The translations under genes were made by a program, and so were the position numbers. This document shows positions 14,381-26,643 of a DNA stretch of 64,000 bases, one piece after another (position 1 is the stretch's first letter; every line of letters starts with the position of its first letter). The stretch covers positions 22,630,001 to 22,694,000 of the forward strand of contig OX597828.1 of assembly GCA_951406725.2 (NCBI GenBank). The letters are read 5' to 3'. The DNA is from Octopus vulgaris. Taxonomy: Eukaryota. Below the pieces are notes generated by a model. The model saw nothing but the letters and a program-made list of their open reading frames with translations, made no database searches and was not told the DNA's origin.

Positions 14381-14729
14381 TGGTGAGAGAGGGAGGGTGA
14401 GAGAAGATAGCTCAAGAGGTAAAATGATGGAGGGAAGGAGGTATGGATACACCTCAAAGGGAAAGAAAGAGAGGGAGAGAGAGAGAGAGGGGGGCAGATA
14501 TATGTTAACTGAACCAACCAGAAAGGCTTTGCTTGATGTGTGTGCTTGCGTGCGTTCGCGTGTATGTGCCGGTGTGTGTGTGTTTGTGTGTGTGTGTGTG
14601 TTGTAATTGACGAAAGACGAACAGGGTGGATAGAAAGTTCAATGGTTGAAAAAGTAGAGAGGAAGACAGAGCAGAAATACACACGCAGACAGACAGACAG
14701 ACACACACACACACATACACACACACACA

Positions 14730-14793
<64 letters not shown>

Positions 14794-15223
14794 TTTCTTT
14801 AATTATTCATTTATTCATAGGGAGACAAGAGTGAGTGAGAGGGACAATAAGTGAATAAGTTAAAATGCAGAGAGTTGGATGGAGAGAAGAAATTAATAAA
14901 AGAGCGGGAAAAGATGGGACGAATTCGTAGTAAAGAAAGGTTCAATAAGCAGCAGGAGTTGACATGAATGAATTTACTAAGTCACATGATTATTATTATT
15001 ATTATTATTAGTGTTGGTAGTATTTTTTTTTGTTTTTTTAAGAAGGTCGAAAAACGGGCGGTGGGAATTTTTTTAAATGGTTGTTTACATTCTGAGTTCA
15101 AATCCTTTCCATATTACATTAACTTTCATCCAGCTGCAGGAAATATAGTTGAATATCTGTCAAATATTTGTGTTGATTTAATTGACGACTTCTATACCTC
15201 TTGTTTCGTTCCTACATTAAAAG

Positions 15224-15790
15224 CAGAGGCGTGACTTCTCCAACCACATGGGTCCGAGTTCAGTCCCACTTAGTGGCTGGCACCTCGGGCCGACCAAAGT
15301 CATGGGAGTGGACATGGAAACTGAAAGTCTGTCGTATATATACTCTTTTTTTTTTTTACTCTTTTATTTGTTTCAGTCATTTGACTGCGGCCATGCTGGA
15401 GCACCGCCTTTAATCGAGCAACTCGACCCGGGGACTTATTCTTTTGTAAGCCCAGTACTTATTCTATCGGCCTCTTTTGCCGAACCGCTAGGTAACGGGG
15501 ACATATATATATATATGTATATATATATACTCTTTACTCTTTTAAGCTTTTAAGTCATTTGACTGTGGCCATGCTGGAGCTCCGCCTTTAGTCGAGCAAA
15601 TTGACCCCAGGACTTATTCTTAGGATGTTTAGTACTTATTCCATTGGTCTCTTTTGCCGAACCTCTAAGTTACGGGGACGTAAACACACCACCATCGGTT
15701 GTCAAACGATATTGGGGGGATAAACACAGACACACAAACATATGCACACACACACACACACACATATATATACGTATATATGACGGGTTT

Positions 15791-15842
<52 letters not shown>

Positions 15843-16040
15843 GACGGGCTTCTTATATAAATAATGTGTGTCTGTGTGTGTGTATTTGTCTTCGCGCCCT
15901 CCATCGCTTGACAACGAAATTTAGCGATTCGACAAAAGAGGTCGATAGAAAAAGTGCTAGGCTTACAAACAAGTCCTGGGGTCGGTTTGTTCGACTTATG
16001 ACGGAGCCCCAGCATGAAACAAGTAGAAGAATAAAAGAAT
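15224..16040. mobile_element. Cluster of SINE family A pieces: + head 15224-15337, - tails 15350-15501 and 15527-15795, + tail 15865-16040
   Basis: Repeated gtttcagtcatttgactgcggccatgctggagcaccgcc / ttgccgaaccgcta motifs in both orientations. Confidence 0.85.
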
Positions 16041-16044
16041 ACGT

Positions 16045-16235
16045 AGTGGTGAGCCTGCGGAAGCATTAGTACGCCGGACGAAATTGCCGAGCGGCATTTC
16101 GCCCGTCTCTACGCTCTGAGTTCGAATTCTGCCGAGATCGATTTTTGCATCACGCGCTATCGTTATCGATGAAATAAATACAAATTTGAGCAAGTGGGTT
16201 AATGTAATCGCCTTACACACTCCACCAAAATTGGT
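16045..16235 (+). mobile_element. SINE family B, diverged copy
   Basis: ggtgagcctgcggaagcattagtacgccggacgaaat...ctgagttcgaattctgccgag, homologous to the head of the 60190 copy. Confidence 0.7.
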
Positions 16236-16335
16236 CGCCTGTCTGTCCCAGAATGTGAAGTCATTCACATACATACATACATATATGCATATATAACACG
16301 CATATGTATATCTGTGCGTGCGTGGGTATGTATAG

Positions 16336-16379
<44 letters not shown>

Positions 16380-16722
16380 GTTCGTGTGTGTGCGTGTGTG
16401 TGTCTATATATGTAACTGGAAAGATTCTTTCAAATTGTTTAAGTTTTGAGTTCAAATGCCAATGTACTCAACTTTCAACTATTTTAAGCCGATAAGGCTC
16501 TTTCGAATTTTGACACAATGTCAGCGACTTAGATGGCCAACAATACTTGAATTGTAGGTCACTTTACTGACCACGAATGGTAAGGTTGAATTCGGTGGTA
16601 TTTGAACTCAGGAATACAGAACTGAAATAAATGCCACGAAATATTTTGTCCGATGAATAAAGATTCTATCAGCATGCCGCCTTCATGTAGCTGATAAAAT
16701 GTTAAAATAAGATAAATAAAAA

Positions 16723-17087
16723 AACAAGACCACTCAGAGAGCACAAACCTCCGCCAAGGCAACATCATCGTCCTCTCAACGATTAGCCAGAAATGATTTT
16801 TAGAATGTGAATATCTGAAATAAACTTGACTGCTCTCACAAACGAAAATACTAAATATGAACTCGACCACTCTCAGAGATTAAGCAAATAAACAGGAAAA
16901 ATAATCCAGAATCCTTGTCTGGTAGCGCATCGATCCCAAAATCTAAATAGTTCGTGCCTGTCACAAGACCAAACAGCCTTGAAAGTTTCATGCGAATCCA
17001 TCCAGCGGTTCTTGGGATATCTTGTCCACGGACAAACAAACAAACACGACTGGAAACAATACACCGCCTTAGCGAAGGCGGAGATAA
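16723..17087 (-). mobile_element. Non-autonomous Helentron-associated (HINE/DINE-1-like) element, apparently complete
   Basis: Minus strand: T-run, subterminal repeat ATCTCCGCC with hairpin CCGCCTTCGCTAAGGCGG, (GTTT)n microsatellite, core GGATTCGCATGAAACTTT, 3' inverted copy GGCGGAGGT, short palindrome GCTCTCTGAGT, then TCTTGTTTTT. Confidence 0.75.
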
Positions 17088-17295
17088 AAATACTAACCAT
17101 GTGTTGGAGTCGTTGCAGTCGATGATTCCCCCATCCTCGATATTTCTGGCCTCTGTGTTGCAATGATAGCATCAATTAATATTTATTTTACGTGTGCGCG
17201 CGCATAGGGATGAGACCCTTATTTAAATAACGATTAAATCAAGTGGCAGCATGGGAAGAAAAAAAACCTGATAGGTTATAATTATCAAACTTAGG

Positions 17296-17466
17296 AATAA
17301 GGATATCTAAGAGACACCACTATGCTTGAAATAGCAGTCAAATCCTGACTATAAACCACATCATGGATTTAATACACCACAAGGTGAAAAGAATTCCTGA
17401 TCTGGTTTTAGAGTCAGGCTTTCACTGCTATTTCAAGCATAGTGGTATCTCTTAGATACCCTTATT
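17296..17466. repeat. 171-nt hairpin (~75-bp arms)
   Basis: AATAAGGATATCTAAGAGACACCACTATGCTTGAAATAGCAGTC... pairs with ...CACTGCTATTTCAAGCATAGTGGTATCTCTTAGATACCCTTATT; ~20-nt loop. Confidence 0.9.
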
Positions 17467-17487
17467 TATAATAATGATAATAATAAC

Positions 17488-17524
<37 letters not shown>

Positions 17525-17549
17525 TTAGTGTGTCTACTTCTGTGAGGAT

Positions 17550-17745
17550 GTGTTTGTCCCCACCGTTATCGCTTGTCAACCGATACTGGTGTGTTTATAG
17601 CCACGTAAGGTAGCTGTTCTGCCAAAGAGATCGATAAAATAAGTACTATATTTAGAAAGAATAATTCCTGGGGTCGATTTGTTCGATGCTCCAGCATTGC
17701 CGCAGTCAAATAACTGAAGTTAGTAAAAGAATTATAAGAATAAAA
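17550..17745 (+). mobile_element. SINE family A, 3' half
   Basis: tgtttgtcccc...atcgcttgtcaaccgatactggtgtgttt...gctccagcattgccgcagtcaaataactgaa. Confidence 0.8.
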
Positions 17746-18708
17746 GAATATATTCTCTTGTCATATTTACGTCATTATATTTCTTTAGATTTCAAATTCC
17801 CGTTGAAAGAGGGTTTTTGTGTTTCTATCTTGCAAGTCATTTCAATAAAAAGGAATATATTCATATCCAACTCTTCCCATCTGAAAGGACTTTATGCTTT
17901 GTGCTTAAGATAAAAACTGATATATTTGACTGCAAAAACTTAATCCGTATAAAAGAATTGAAAATGTGTATTTAGATAAAAGTTGTTGTATTTGACAAGT
18001 AGCTTCCGTACTCCATACACACAAAAATCTAGGCTTAAGGTTAAAAAACAACAACCTTACTTTGGTTACGTCACATATGTTTTTCTGCTCATGCAGAAGG
18101 ATGTGTTTTCTCTTTCTATTTAAATCTCTCGTGTTGTTAGATTTGAACAAATGATACACATTAGACTCGAAAATATAGCACCCTATTTCCCTTGTTATTT
18201 TAAGTTACCTACCATGTGCACTGTCTGTTATTGTATGACCAATGTTCACGTCAACTCAATCACATGGATTCCTAAATCGAGGCTGTAAAAAATGTAAACT
18301 CAAAACCTTTTCTCTGAAGACGTGTGCGTGTGATTTGATGTATATTGTTCTGCTCTTCCTAGCAAGTTGAGCAAACGCATAAACGAAGCCCGATTATCAG
18401 TTCATTCGCCAATAATCATTCGTGATGTTGTAGTGACGTCGATAAAACCGATTACTTTCCTCGCCCATTCTTCCCCTAAATGGTTGGCCGGAAGCCAAAA
18501 TTCCGACTTCCATTATCGTTATTATTGGCAAAATCAGTAGACCAGCGTCACAGAATATACCTTACACCTTGCAGACTTTAATTAATTGCATCCAGTTACG
18601 TTCTGATTTCAATTCTCGACGGATCTACCATCATTATTTAGTCCCATGTTGATTCTTACGTAGCAGAGTTATTTCCAAAGGTATTCCGGTTCAAATAGCG
18701 CTGATGTA

Positions 18709-18761
<53 letters not shown>

Positions 18762-19432
18762 AGAGAGAGAGATTATGAGGGAGGGAGAGGGGAAATAGCA
18801 TGGCTGTGTGCATAATATGTTCGTTTCACAATCACGTGGTACCGGAAACAGTGTCAGTAGGAGTGACATCTTGGAAAGGTGTCTTCTCCAACAAACACTG
18901 CCGACCAATATTTTGCGACGGATTTTTGTGGACGGAATCTTAACTTTTAACCCGTTGGTTGTGTGTGTGTGTGTGCATTTGCGTATATTATATTTGTTAA
19001 TATATACGTGAGTGTTTGTGAGTGGTTGTGTGTATGTATAGTTATCCATATAAATACAATCTCACGTCACAGACCCAGAGTATTGAGCTAGTATTTTGGT
19101 GTCTACCACTAAATGCATGATTTCGAGATTTAGTAGTTAACAAAAGAAAAGAGAAAACAATATTGCTATTGTCATTGTTGTTGTTGTTATTGATGTTGAT
19201 ACAAAGAATATGAAGACCTGATGTATTAAATTTATAATATTTGGCTAAGGTAATGAAATGCAAATAAGAAATTACGAGTGTAACAAAAGAAATACCACAT
19301 TGGTGAGGGGTGATGATAATGGCTTACAAACAACACATACTACATGAACAATCACATTCTTATATATGTATGTGAGTGTATATGTGTATGTGCATTCCTG
19401 TGCACGTGTATTATGCAACTATATATATACAT

Positions 19433-19559
19433 ATTGGCCTGCTCGCTTGGCCAGCGGGGTGGCGTCATTTGAAGGCTAAAACAATGCGAAGCGCATTGTG
19501 ACCAGCGATGTGTAGCAACATCTGATAGCCTGGTCGGTCATGGTGATCATGGTGGTGAT
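19433..19559 (+). mobile_element. Short (~125 bp) interspersed element in TA context, copy 1
   Basis: ATTGGCCTGCTCGCTT...GGTCATGGTGATCATGGTGGTGAT; near-identical copy at 22827-22947. Confidence 0.75.
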
Positions 19560-19570
19560 ATATACATATA

Positions 19571-19611
<41 letters not shown>

Positions 19612-19730
19612 TTTATAGAAGGAGCTTCTACAGGACAAGAACTGTTTCATTCAAAAGAAATCATCAGGAAGCCATACATATATATACATACATACATACA
19701 TGCATATATATATATGTACATGAATACATG

Positions 19731-19767
<37 letters not shown>

Positions 19768-20033
19768 GAGAGAGAGAGAGAGATAGATAACGTATTTGAG
19801 TACAAAATAGAGTATCGAAATCAATTTACTCACGGAGAGCGATTTTATATCACCTGAGGCGATATAACTAGGTTCTATTATACAGGTAAACCGTTACTTG
19901 ATTTAAATTTAAATCCTCTATATATGTGCATCTGTGCTGTATCGAAACATGTGTAGTGGTGATTAAACTGCTGTCGAATCGTACTCCATCTTACATTGGA
20001 CTCTTTTCTTTCATTTTTACATATATATATATG

Positions 20034-20078
<45 letters not shown>

Positions 20079-20195
20079 TGGTTGCCCACCTCCTGTACCT
20101 ACACCTTAGAACCATCATGGCATCCGATGTGGATTTTTAAACCAGACAATGTTTTGAAAAGTAAGATTGCATATCCGACTTGGTCCACCAAGGAC

Positions 20196-20432
20196 TCTCT
20201 TACTCTTTACTCCTTTACTTGTTTCAGTCATTTGACTGCGGCCATGCTGGAGCACCGCCTTTAGTCGAGCTAATCGACCCCAGGACTTATTCTTTGGAAG
20301 CCTAGTACTTATTCTACCGGTCTCTTTTGCCGAACCGCTAAGTTACGGGGACGTAAACACATCAGCATCGGTTGTCAAGCGATGTTGTTGTGGGGGGGGG
20401 GGGGCTAACACAGACACACACACACACACACA
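20196..20432 (-). mobile_element. SINE family A, 3' half
   Basis: tactcctttacttgtttcagtcatttgactgcggcc...ggttgtcaagcgatgtt...(CA)n. Confidence 0.85.
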
Positions 20433-20700
20433 CTGCAGAAAAGTTCTCATCTTTGTGGATCTTGAAATGTCTTTTGAGGCCTCCGATAGATTTGTAAATT
20501 TTCTGACATACATTGCATTGAAAGGTGTGCACTGACATATAGGCAGAACAAATGGTGGAAGTTCGTTTTCCATGGGTTCGCAAATGAGATTTGGGTCCAG
20601 AAAATGAAAGGCATGGTCTGTCACAAACTGTGCGCACAAAAAGGTCATTGTGATTCACCTTCTCGATCGTAACATTCTTCCTTAAATCTCTATGAATGCA
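20433..20700 (-). pseudogene. Fragment encoding two tandem C2H2 zinc fingers, probably the C-terminus of an RTE-type LINE ORF
   Basis: Minus frame CIHRDLRKNVTIEKVNHNDL-FVRTVCDRPCLSFSGPKSHLRTH-GKRTSTICSAYMSVHT-FQCNVCQKIYKSIGGLKRHFKIH-KDENFS. Finger 1 has C>R. The CxRxCxSxxGLxSHxRxH pattern is typical of RTE C-termini; no TGEKP linker. Confidence 0.65.
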
Positions 20701-20715
20701 TCTTTATATTATACA

Positions 20716-21125
20716 TAGGAGTGGCTGTGTGGTAAGTAGCTTGCTAACCAACCAAATGGTTCCGGGTTCAGTCCCACTGCGTGGCATCTTGGGCAAGTGT
20801 CTTCTGCTATAGCCTCGGGCCGACCAATGCCTTGTGAGTGGATTTGGTAGATGGAAACTGAAAGAAGCCTGTCGTATATATGTATATATATATATATGTG
20901 TGTGTGTTTGTGTGTCTGTGTTTGTCCCCCTAGCATTGCTTGACAACCAATGCTGGTGTGTTTATGTCCCCGTTACTTAGCGGTTCGGCAAGAGAGACCG
21001 ATAGAATAAGTACTGGGCTTACAAAAAGAATAAGTCCCGGGGTTGAGTTGCTCGACTAAAAGGCGGTGCTCCAGCATGGCCGCAGTCAAATGACTGAAAC
21101 AAGTAAAAGAGTAAAAGAGTAAGAG

Positions 21126-21127
<2 letters not shown>
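20716..21127 (+). mobile_element. SINE family A, full length (tRNA head, CORE-like body, internal TA/TG microsatellite)
   Basis: A-box TGGCTGTGTGG, B-box GGTTCAGTCCC, CTTGGGCAAGTGTCTT, internal (TA)n(TG)n, tail (AAGAGTA)n. Confidence 0.9.
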
Positions 21128-21161
<34 letters not shown>

Positions 21162-21595
21162 ATATATATATAGTCTAGGGTGCATTCTACATTTGCTAAA
21201 CATAGCAGCCAAATGTCGAAATCGCACACTATAATGTAAATAAATGGATTGTAGGAAATATAAATCAGACTCAGATACACAATCTCTTAAAACTGTGATG
21301 GTCACGGGTAGAAGTCTTCTGATTCCACGTCTGCTCCCCAAGTAGTATCTGGTGGTGGTGGTGGGGGGGGGACAGCATCAAGGTTAACGGTATCATTAGC
21401 AGCAGTAACAACAGTAATATCATGAACAACGATAACCATCAAACAACAACAATAATTACAGTACAAAATACAAAGCAGAAATCCAATAGTTGATAATTTA
21501 ATACTCAGCAGCTTTGATATACTATATAAAAGAGATGTATACCGTTAAATACACGCACACTCACACATGCGTAACGCTGACACACACATAAAAGC

Positions 21596-21666
<71 letters not shown>

Positions 21667-21672
21667 TCTCCT

Positions 21673-21882
21673 AGCTGGCAGAATCGTTAGCACGCCGGGC
21701 TAAATGCTTGGCGTTAATTCGTCTATCTTTACGTTCTGAGTTCACATTCCACCGAGGTCGACTTTGCCTATCATCCTTTCGGGATGGATAAATTAAGTAC
21801 CAGTTGCGTAATGGGGGGTGATCTAATCGACTGGCTCCCTCCCCCAAAATTTCGGGCCTTGTACCTAGAGGAAAAAAGAATA
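21673..21882 (+). mobile_element. SINE family B monomer
   Basis: agctggcagaatcgttagcacgccggg...GAGTTCACATTCC...ttgcctatcatcctttcggg...aaatttcgggccttgtacctag. Confidence 0.85.
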
Positions 21883-21907
21883 AGTATATATGTATGTATC
21901 TCTCTCA

Positions 21908-21967
<60 letters not shown>

Positions 21968-22597
21968 AGAGTAGACTGTGTTTGTGAATTGAGAGGCTTC
22001 AATAACTGTATGTGTTTACAGTTTAAGTTTATGTGAGTCTATACCAGTAATATTTAGGCTACACCAGTTCTAATAGATATTTACGCTAAAGGTGTAATCA
22101 TCGACGGAATACTCAGCCATGTCGGATGTTAATTCAATGAGCAGGTTTTTGATCACTACTCAGAGGTCAATATCGTTTTGACAGTTTATCAAATATTAGA
22201 AAACTATGTCACCAATAGTTCCATCGTATCAGATAAAGACAATTTCTTTGTGTTCTAATACCTTTCTCAAGGAAGGAAATCGAACGTTCATGATGTCTTA
22301 ATTTTTTTTCCAAGACCCCCAAGGAGTATTGTAATGTGCCTGTAGTCTATATTCCTATCTTCTGTGCGCTAATTTGTGTCACACCGGGAAAATCCTAAAG
22401 CATGCAGTAAACAGACACGGAGACACACATGTTTTTGTATTTCAGAGAGATTTATGTACAGATACACAAACCACACACGTAAGCATGCATATATATATAT
22501 ATATATATATACATACGCATACTTAACCCTACATATATATATGTGTGTATTGAGAAAGTGGCAGTGAGAGAAAGGTACATTTATAAATGCACATATG

Positions 22598-22639
<42 letters not shown>

Positions 22640-22641
<2 letters not shown>

Positions 22642-22805
22642 TGTCTAAATGGTGTCTAAAGCCAGCTGGAGACGACGATCTCCTGGGGCTATAAAGCTAC
22701 AGTAACACCCCCTTCCCTATGTGGTTAGCCATGTTAAGATGGCTTCTATACTTTACATTATCGAGCGATTACTGTTTACATCTCATTCTGAGATTTAATA
22801 ATGCC
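22640..22805 (-). mobile_element. (TA)n-flanked repeat fragment carrying a structured motif; homologous to 63497-63860
   Basis: Minus strand TAACATGGCT...GGGAA...TAGCCCCAGGAGATCGTCGTCTCCAGCTGGCTTTAGACAC aligns with 63597-63679. Confidence 0.6.
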
Positions 22806-22826
22806 TATATATATATATATATATAT

Positions 22827-22942
22827 ATTGGCCTGCTCGCTTAGCCAGCGGGGTGGCATCATTCGAAGGCTAAAACAATGCGGACGCATTGTGACCAGCG
22901 ATGTGTAACAACATCTGATGGTCTGGTTGGTCATGTGATCAT

Positions 22943-22947
<5 letters not shown>
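22827..22947 (+). mobile_element. Short (~120 bp) interspersed element in (TA)n, copy 2
   Basis: Same 5' start ATTGGCCTGCTCGC and (CATGTGAT)2 tail as the 19433 copy. Confidence 0.75.
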
Positions 22948-22978
<31 letters not shown>

Positions 22979-24729
22979 TATATGTATGTATATATATAGA
23001 CGTATAATCTAGGTATGTATGTATATAGTATGTCATATACGGCGTCGTTTCAGTAGTACATGAGAAATATATACCTGCGTATAAGTATGTCCGTATATGC
23101 GAGCGCATGTGTGTGTGTGCAGGTATGAGTATACTCACAAGAATAATCTTCGACTGTTTAAGCAGTTATTTATTGAAGTGACTATATTTGATGTGATTTT
23201 CAATTCCCACATCTAGCCAGCGTAATGAAGATTTTGAGTATTATGTTTCTTTTTAACTATGTACGACCTTTATATTTTCCTTTTACGTATTATTAAAACC
23301 TCTTGGTTATCTTTCACTGGATATTGAATATAATAGCGAATGATACGCAATAATCTGTAATCGCTCTCAATTCACTGCATTTCTGAAGGAAGAACTCTGA
23401 CCGAAGTATCATTCTTGAAATTTACGTTCCACCTTACTTTGTTTGCGCACAATGTTTAAATTTATCTTTTCGAAGAAACGATTTCTGGTTCATAGATATT
23501 CTCCCCTCATTATAGGCGCAAATGTTTGTATATCAGTTCCATATTAAATCTTATTTATTTTAATTGGTTTACTTGTAATGATATTTTTCACAATCGAGAT
23601 AGACGTATGATGCGCAATTGTAATCTATATATAAATTCAATTCACAGAGAATCCCTCACCTCTGAAATACGTATAATATTCATACCTACACTACTCAAAA
23701 TAATGAAATTTATCAAATGTTCATTAAAAAATGTATACGTTCCCTAATAGTCTAAAGTACTCTTTATTATTAATGCACTCAGCCCTTTTCTACTATATAA
23801 GAGTTACGTCTCTTGCTATATACGCGAGCAGCCTGAATATGCTGCCGGAGAAACTCCTGCAATATAGCTACGTCCTATATATGTCTCAAACAGGAATGTT
23901 TCGCATAATCGTTTTTCAGACACTTTTATACAGAAAGAGACAAATTTGTGAAGATTATTGCATCAGTTGCACAGTCTTTGCAAAACGATGTATGGTTAGA
24001 AAATAATTCGATAAAAACCGGTTTTCATGAATTGTATTGTTTGTTCATTTTTAACTCTGACTTGTTTCAGCCATGCTGGGCACAACCTTGAAGATTCTAA
24101 GTCCAACGGATCGACACCAATGCTTATTTTGTTAAGCCTGGCACTTATTCACAGTATGTAAGCTTCCTACACACATTCGTCAGTGAATATTTTAAATTTT
24201 GCAAGAAATGCTTCCTTCGGTAGCGGTAGTTAACACGTACATCTGCTTTCCAGATTTAAGATGCAGCTTACCTCTTCAGAATCAGTAAATTTTAGTTCGA
24301 CAATGTTTATAATTCCGTGCTACGTAACTGGACGTAATTACCGATGCTGGAGACATAATTCCAAAAGTATAGTATCAGGGACGTAGAGTTTTATCCTTCT
24401 TATGGACATAATCTCATACGTGCACAGGGATTATGCAAACGAAATTATGCGATTTTCAGTTTATATTACGTATGTGTGTACATACGTAGTGAACGATCAC
24501 GCATGCGTACATGCACACTTAAGTTTCATTGTAAGCAGTTACATGTTTACAAGTGTGCACTAAATATGTACTCTCCAACTCTGAAATCCTCAAAACTGTC
24601 TTCACTCTAGAGAGAGGGTTTGTCATTTTGTAAGTGGCCATCTTGAATTTTGCGAACAACTTAAGACTTAAAGAATAAATATATTATCTAGACGCTAAAT
24701 TATTCATCATCTCACTCCTTCTCTCCTCG

Positions 24730-24831
<102 letters not shown>

Positions 24832-25512
24832 ATGGGTAGATGTTTATTGACATAAATGAAATTCTCCTTAAAAAGTTTCTCAAAGCTTGATTTTCTCTCT
24901 CTCTCTCTCTTACTCTCTCATTATCTGTCTATGTATCTATTTATCTATCCCTCTATCTATTTGCCTGTAGGTGTGAGTTTATTGACTGGAAGGAACGAAG
25001 CTATTCTTAAAAAATGTTCCCAGATAGAGCTTGATTTACGATTTCCTTATAAACGCAGGATACTTGAGTGGAAATGTAGACGGGTTTCGGAAGTTGCAAT
25101 TTGCCTACTGGATTAGTAAGCTCGTGTGTTTATGCACAAAAGCAAACATAATACACAACATGCACAAATGCATACATACTGCACATCATGCACAAAATCA
25201 TAAATAGCATACGCCCTGAATTTGCGTATATATATTAGACAGGACATTCTTTAATGACGACACAAAATTGCTCTGATGTAACACTCATAAAATTTATTTC
25301 TACCTGAAGGCTTACTTTCAGTTTACACACGTACAAAGTCAAATTTCTGACTTCTTAGGAAGACAAGGTTCAAGTAAAGGAGCGTCTTGAAGTAGATTAT
25401 TGCCTGAAGATAAATTCCTATATAAATGGACTTCGGCAAAATCGGACGTATAACCATATTTGATATACTAGCATATGAGAGTTTGTGTATGCGTATAAAA
25501 ATAATAATAATG

Positions 25513-25556
<44 letters not shown>

Positions 25557-25589
25557 CATAATAATAATAATCATAATAATAATAATAAT

Positions 25590-25925
25590 CGGGGAGCATC
25601 ATCGCTATGTGTTGAGAGGGATTCTTTGGGGTTTGAATAATTCACCTCTGGAAACATGGGTGTTTCGTCCAACATCCTTAAGTAATCCTTGTTCAGGGAC
25701 CTTTTGAGCGAGATGGGTTACTCGACCAGCAGAAAATTCTAACTGGGCCCCACCTGCAAAGTCATGCGCTGTTTACCTTGATATGATATCACCATGTCGC
25801 GCACATATGGTTGTGATGCATGTGCCTAGTGTACCCTTATCAGACGAGTAGTCGTGATGGATATACTGGGCTTCGTATATCTTACCCCAGTGTCACTTTG
25901 ATGGCATGCACTGCTCTCTCACTCA

Positions 25926-25927
<2 letters not shown>
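25590..25927 (+). mobile_element. Non-simple insert inside a (TAA)n array; probable 3' region of a TAA-targeting LINE
   Basis: About 340 bp bounded by (TAA)n on both sides and followed directly by an R4/Dong endonuclease fragment. No recognisable ORF. Confidence 0.5.
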
Positions 25928-25971
<44 letters not shown>

Positions 25972-25981
25972 TAATAATAAT

Positions 25982-26048
25982 AATAGACTGGATATAGTTG
26001 TCAGAGATTACCGGGAAAAAATGCCATCTAATTGATGTATCCATACCA
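25982..26048 (+). mobile_element. R4/Dong-clade LINE fragment (restriction-like endonuclease motif)
   Basis: NRLDIVVRDYREK/CHLIDVSIP (one frameshift) matches the NRPDIV...C.LIDVS.P RLE motif; abuts (TAA)n. Confidence 0.7.
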
Positions 26049-26238
26049 AAATTCGTGAATTTTGGAAGCACTGAACATGTGTGCAACAGCTGAGAACATA
26101 GGTGCACCGATTAAGAACAACATGCCAAGATAGAAAATACCTCTTTTCTGTAACAACCAGCACTCAGCCGAGGTAACAATCAAAAGATTTATCTTCCAAA
26201 TAGAGCAGGCCAATACATACATATATATATATATTTTA

Positions 26239-26568
26239 AGACCCCCTTCGGTCATGAATGACCATGGGATTGCACCTAGAAAGTTACCCTCCTAGACACA
26301 AGTCCGGGCAAGGTTGTTTATGGAAGACCAGCAGTCGCCCATGCATACCAGCCTCCCCTCTCCACACCACCAGTGTTATCCAAGGGAAAGACAAAGGTCG
26401 ATACAGCTTGGCACCAGTGACGTCGCAACTCATTTCTACAGCTGAGTGAACTGGAGCAACGTGAAATAAAGTGCCTTGCTCAAGAACACAACACGCAGCT
26501 CGGTCCGGGATTCGAGCTCACAACCTCACGATCGTAAGCTCAACGCTCTAACCACTGAACCATGCGCC
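26239..26568 (-). mobile_element. SINE family C (tRNA-derived), full length
   Basis: Reverse complement of the 44776 and 61517 copies: GGCGCATGGTTCAGTGG...GCTCGAATCCC...TTCTTGAGCAAGGCACTTT...GAAGGGGGTCT. Confidence 0.9.
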
Positions 26569-26575
26569 TTATATA

Positions 26576-26643
<68 letters not shown>

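Noticed and set aside
24245-24280. Minus-strand CTGAAGA...GAAA as a third hammerhead
   Set aside because: Stem II does not close next to the core and stems I and III are missing.
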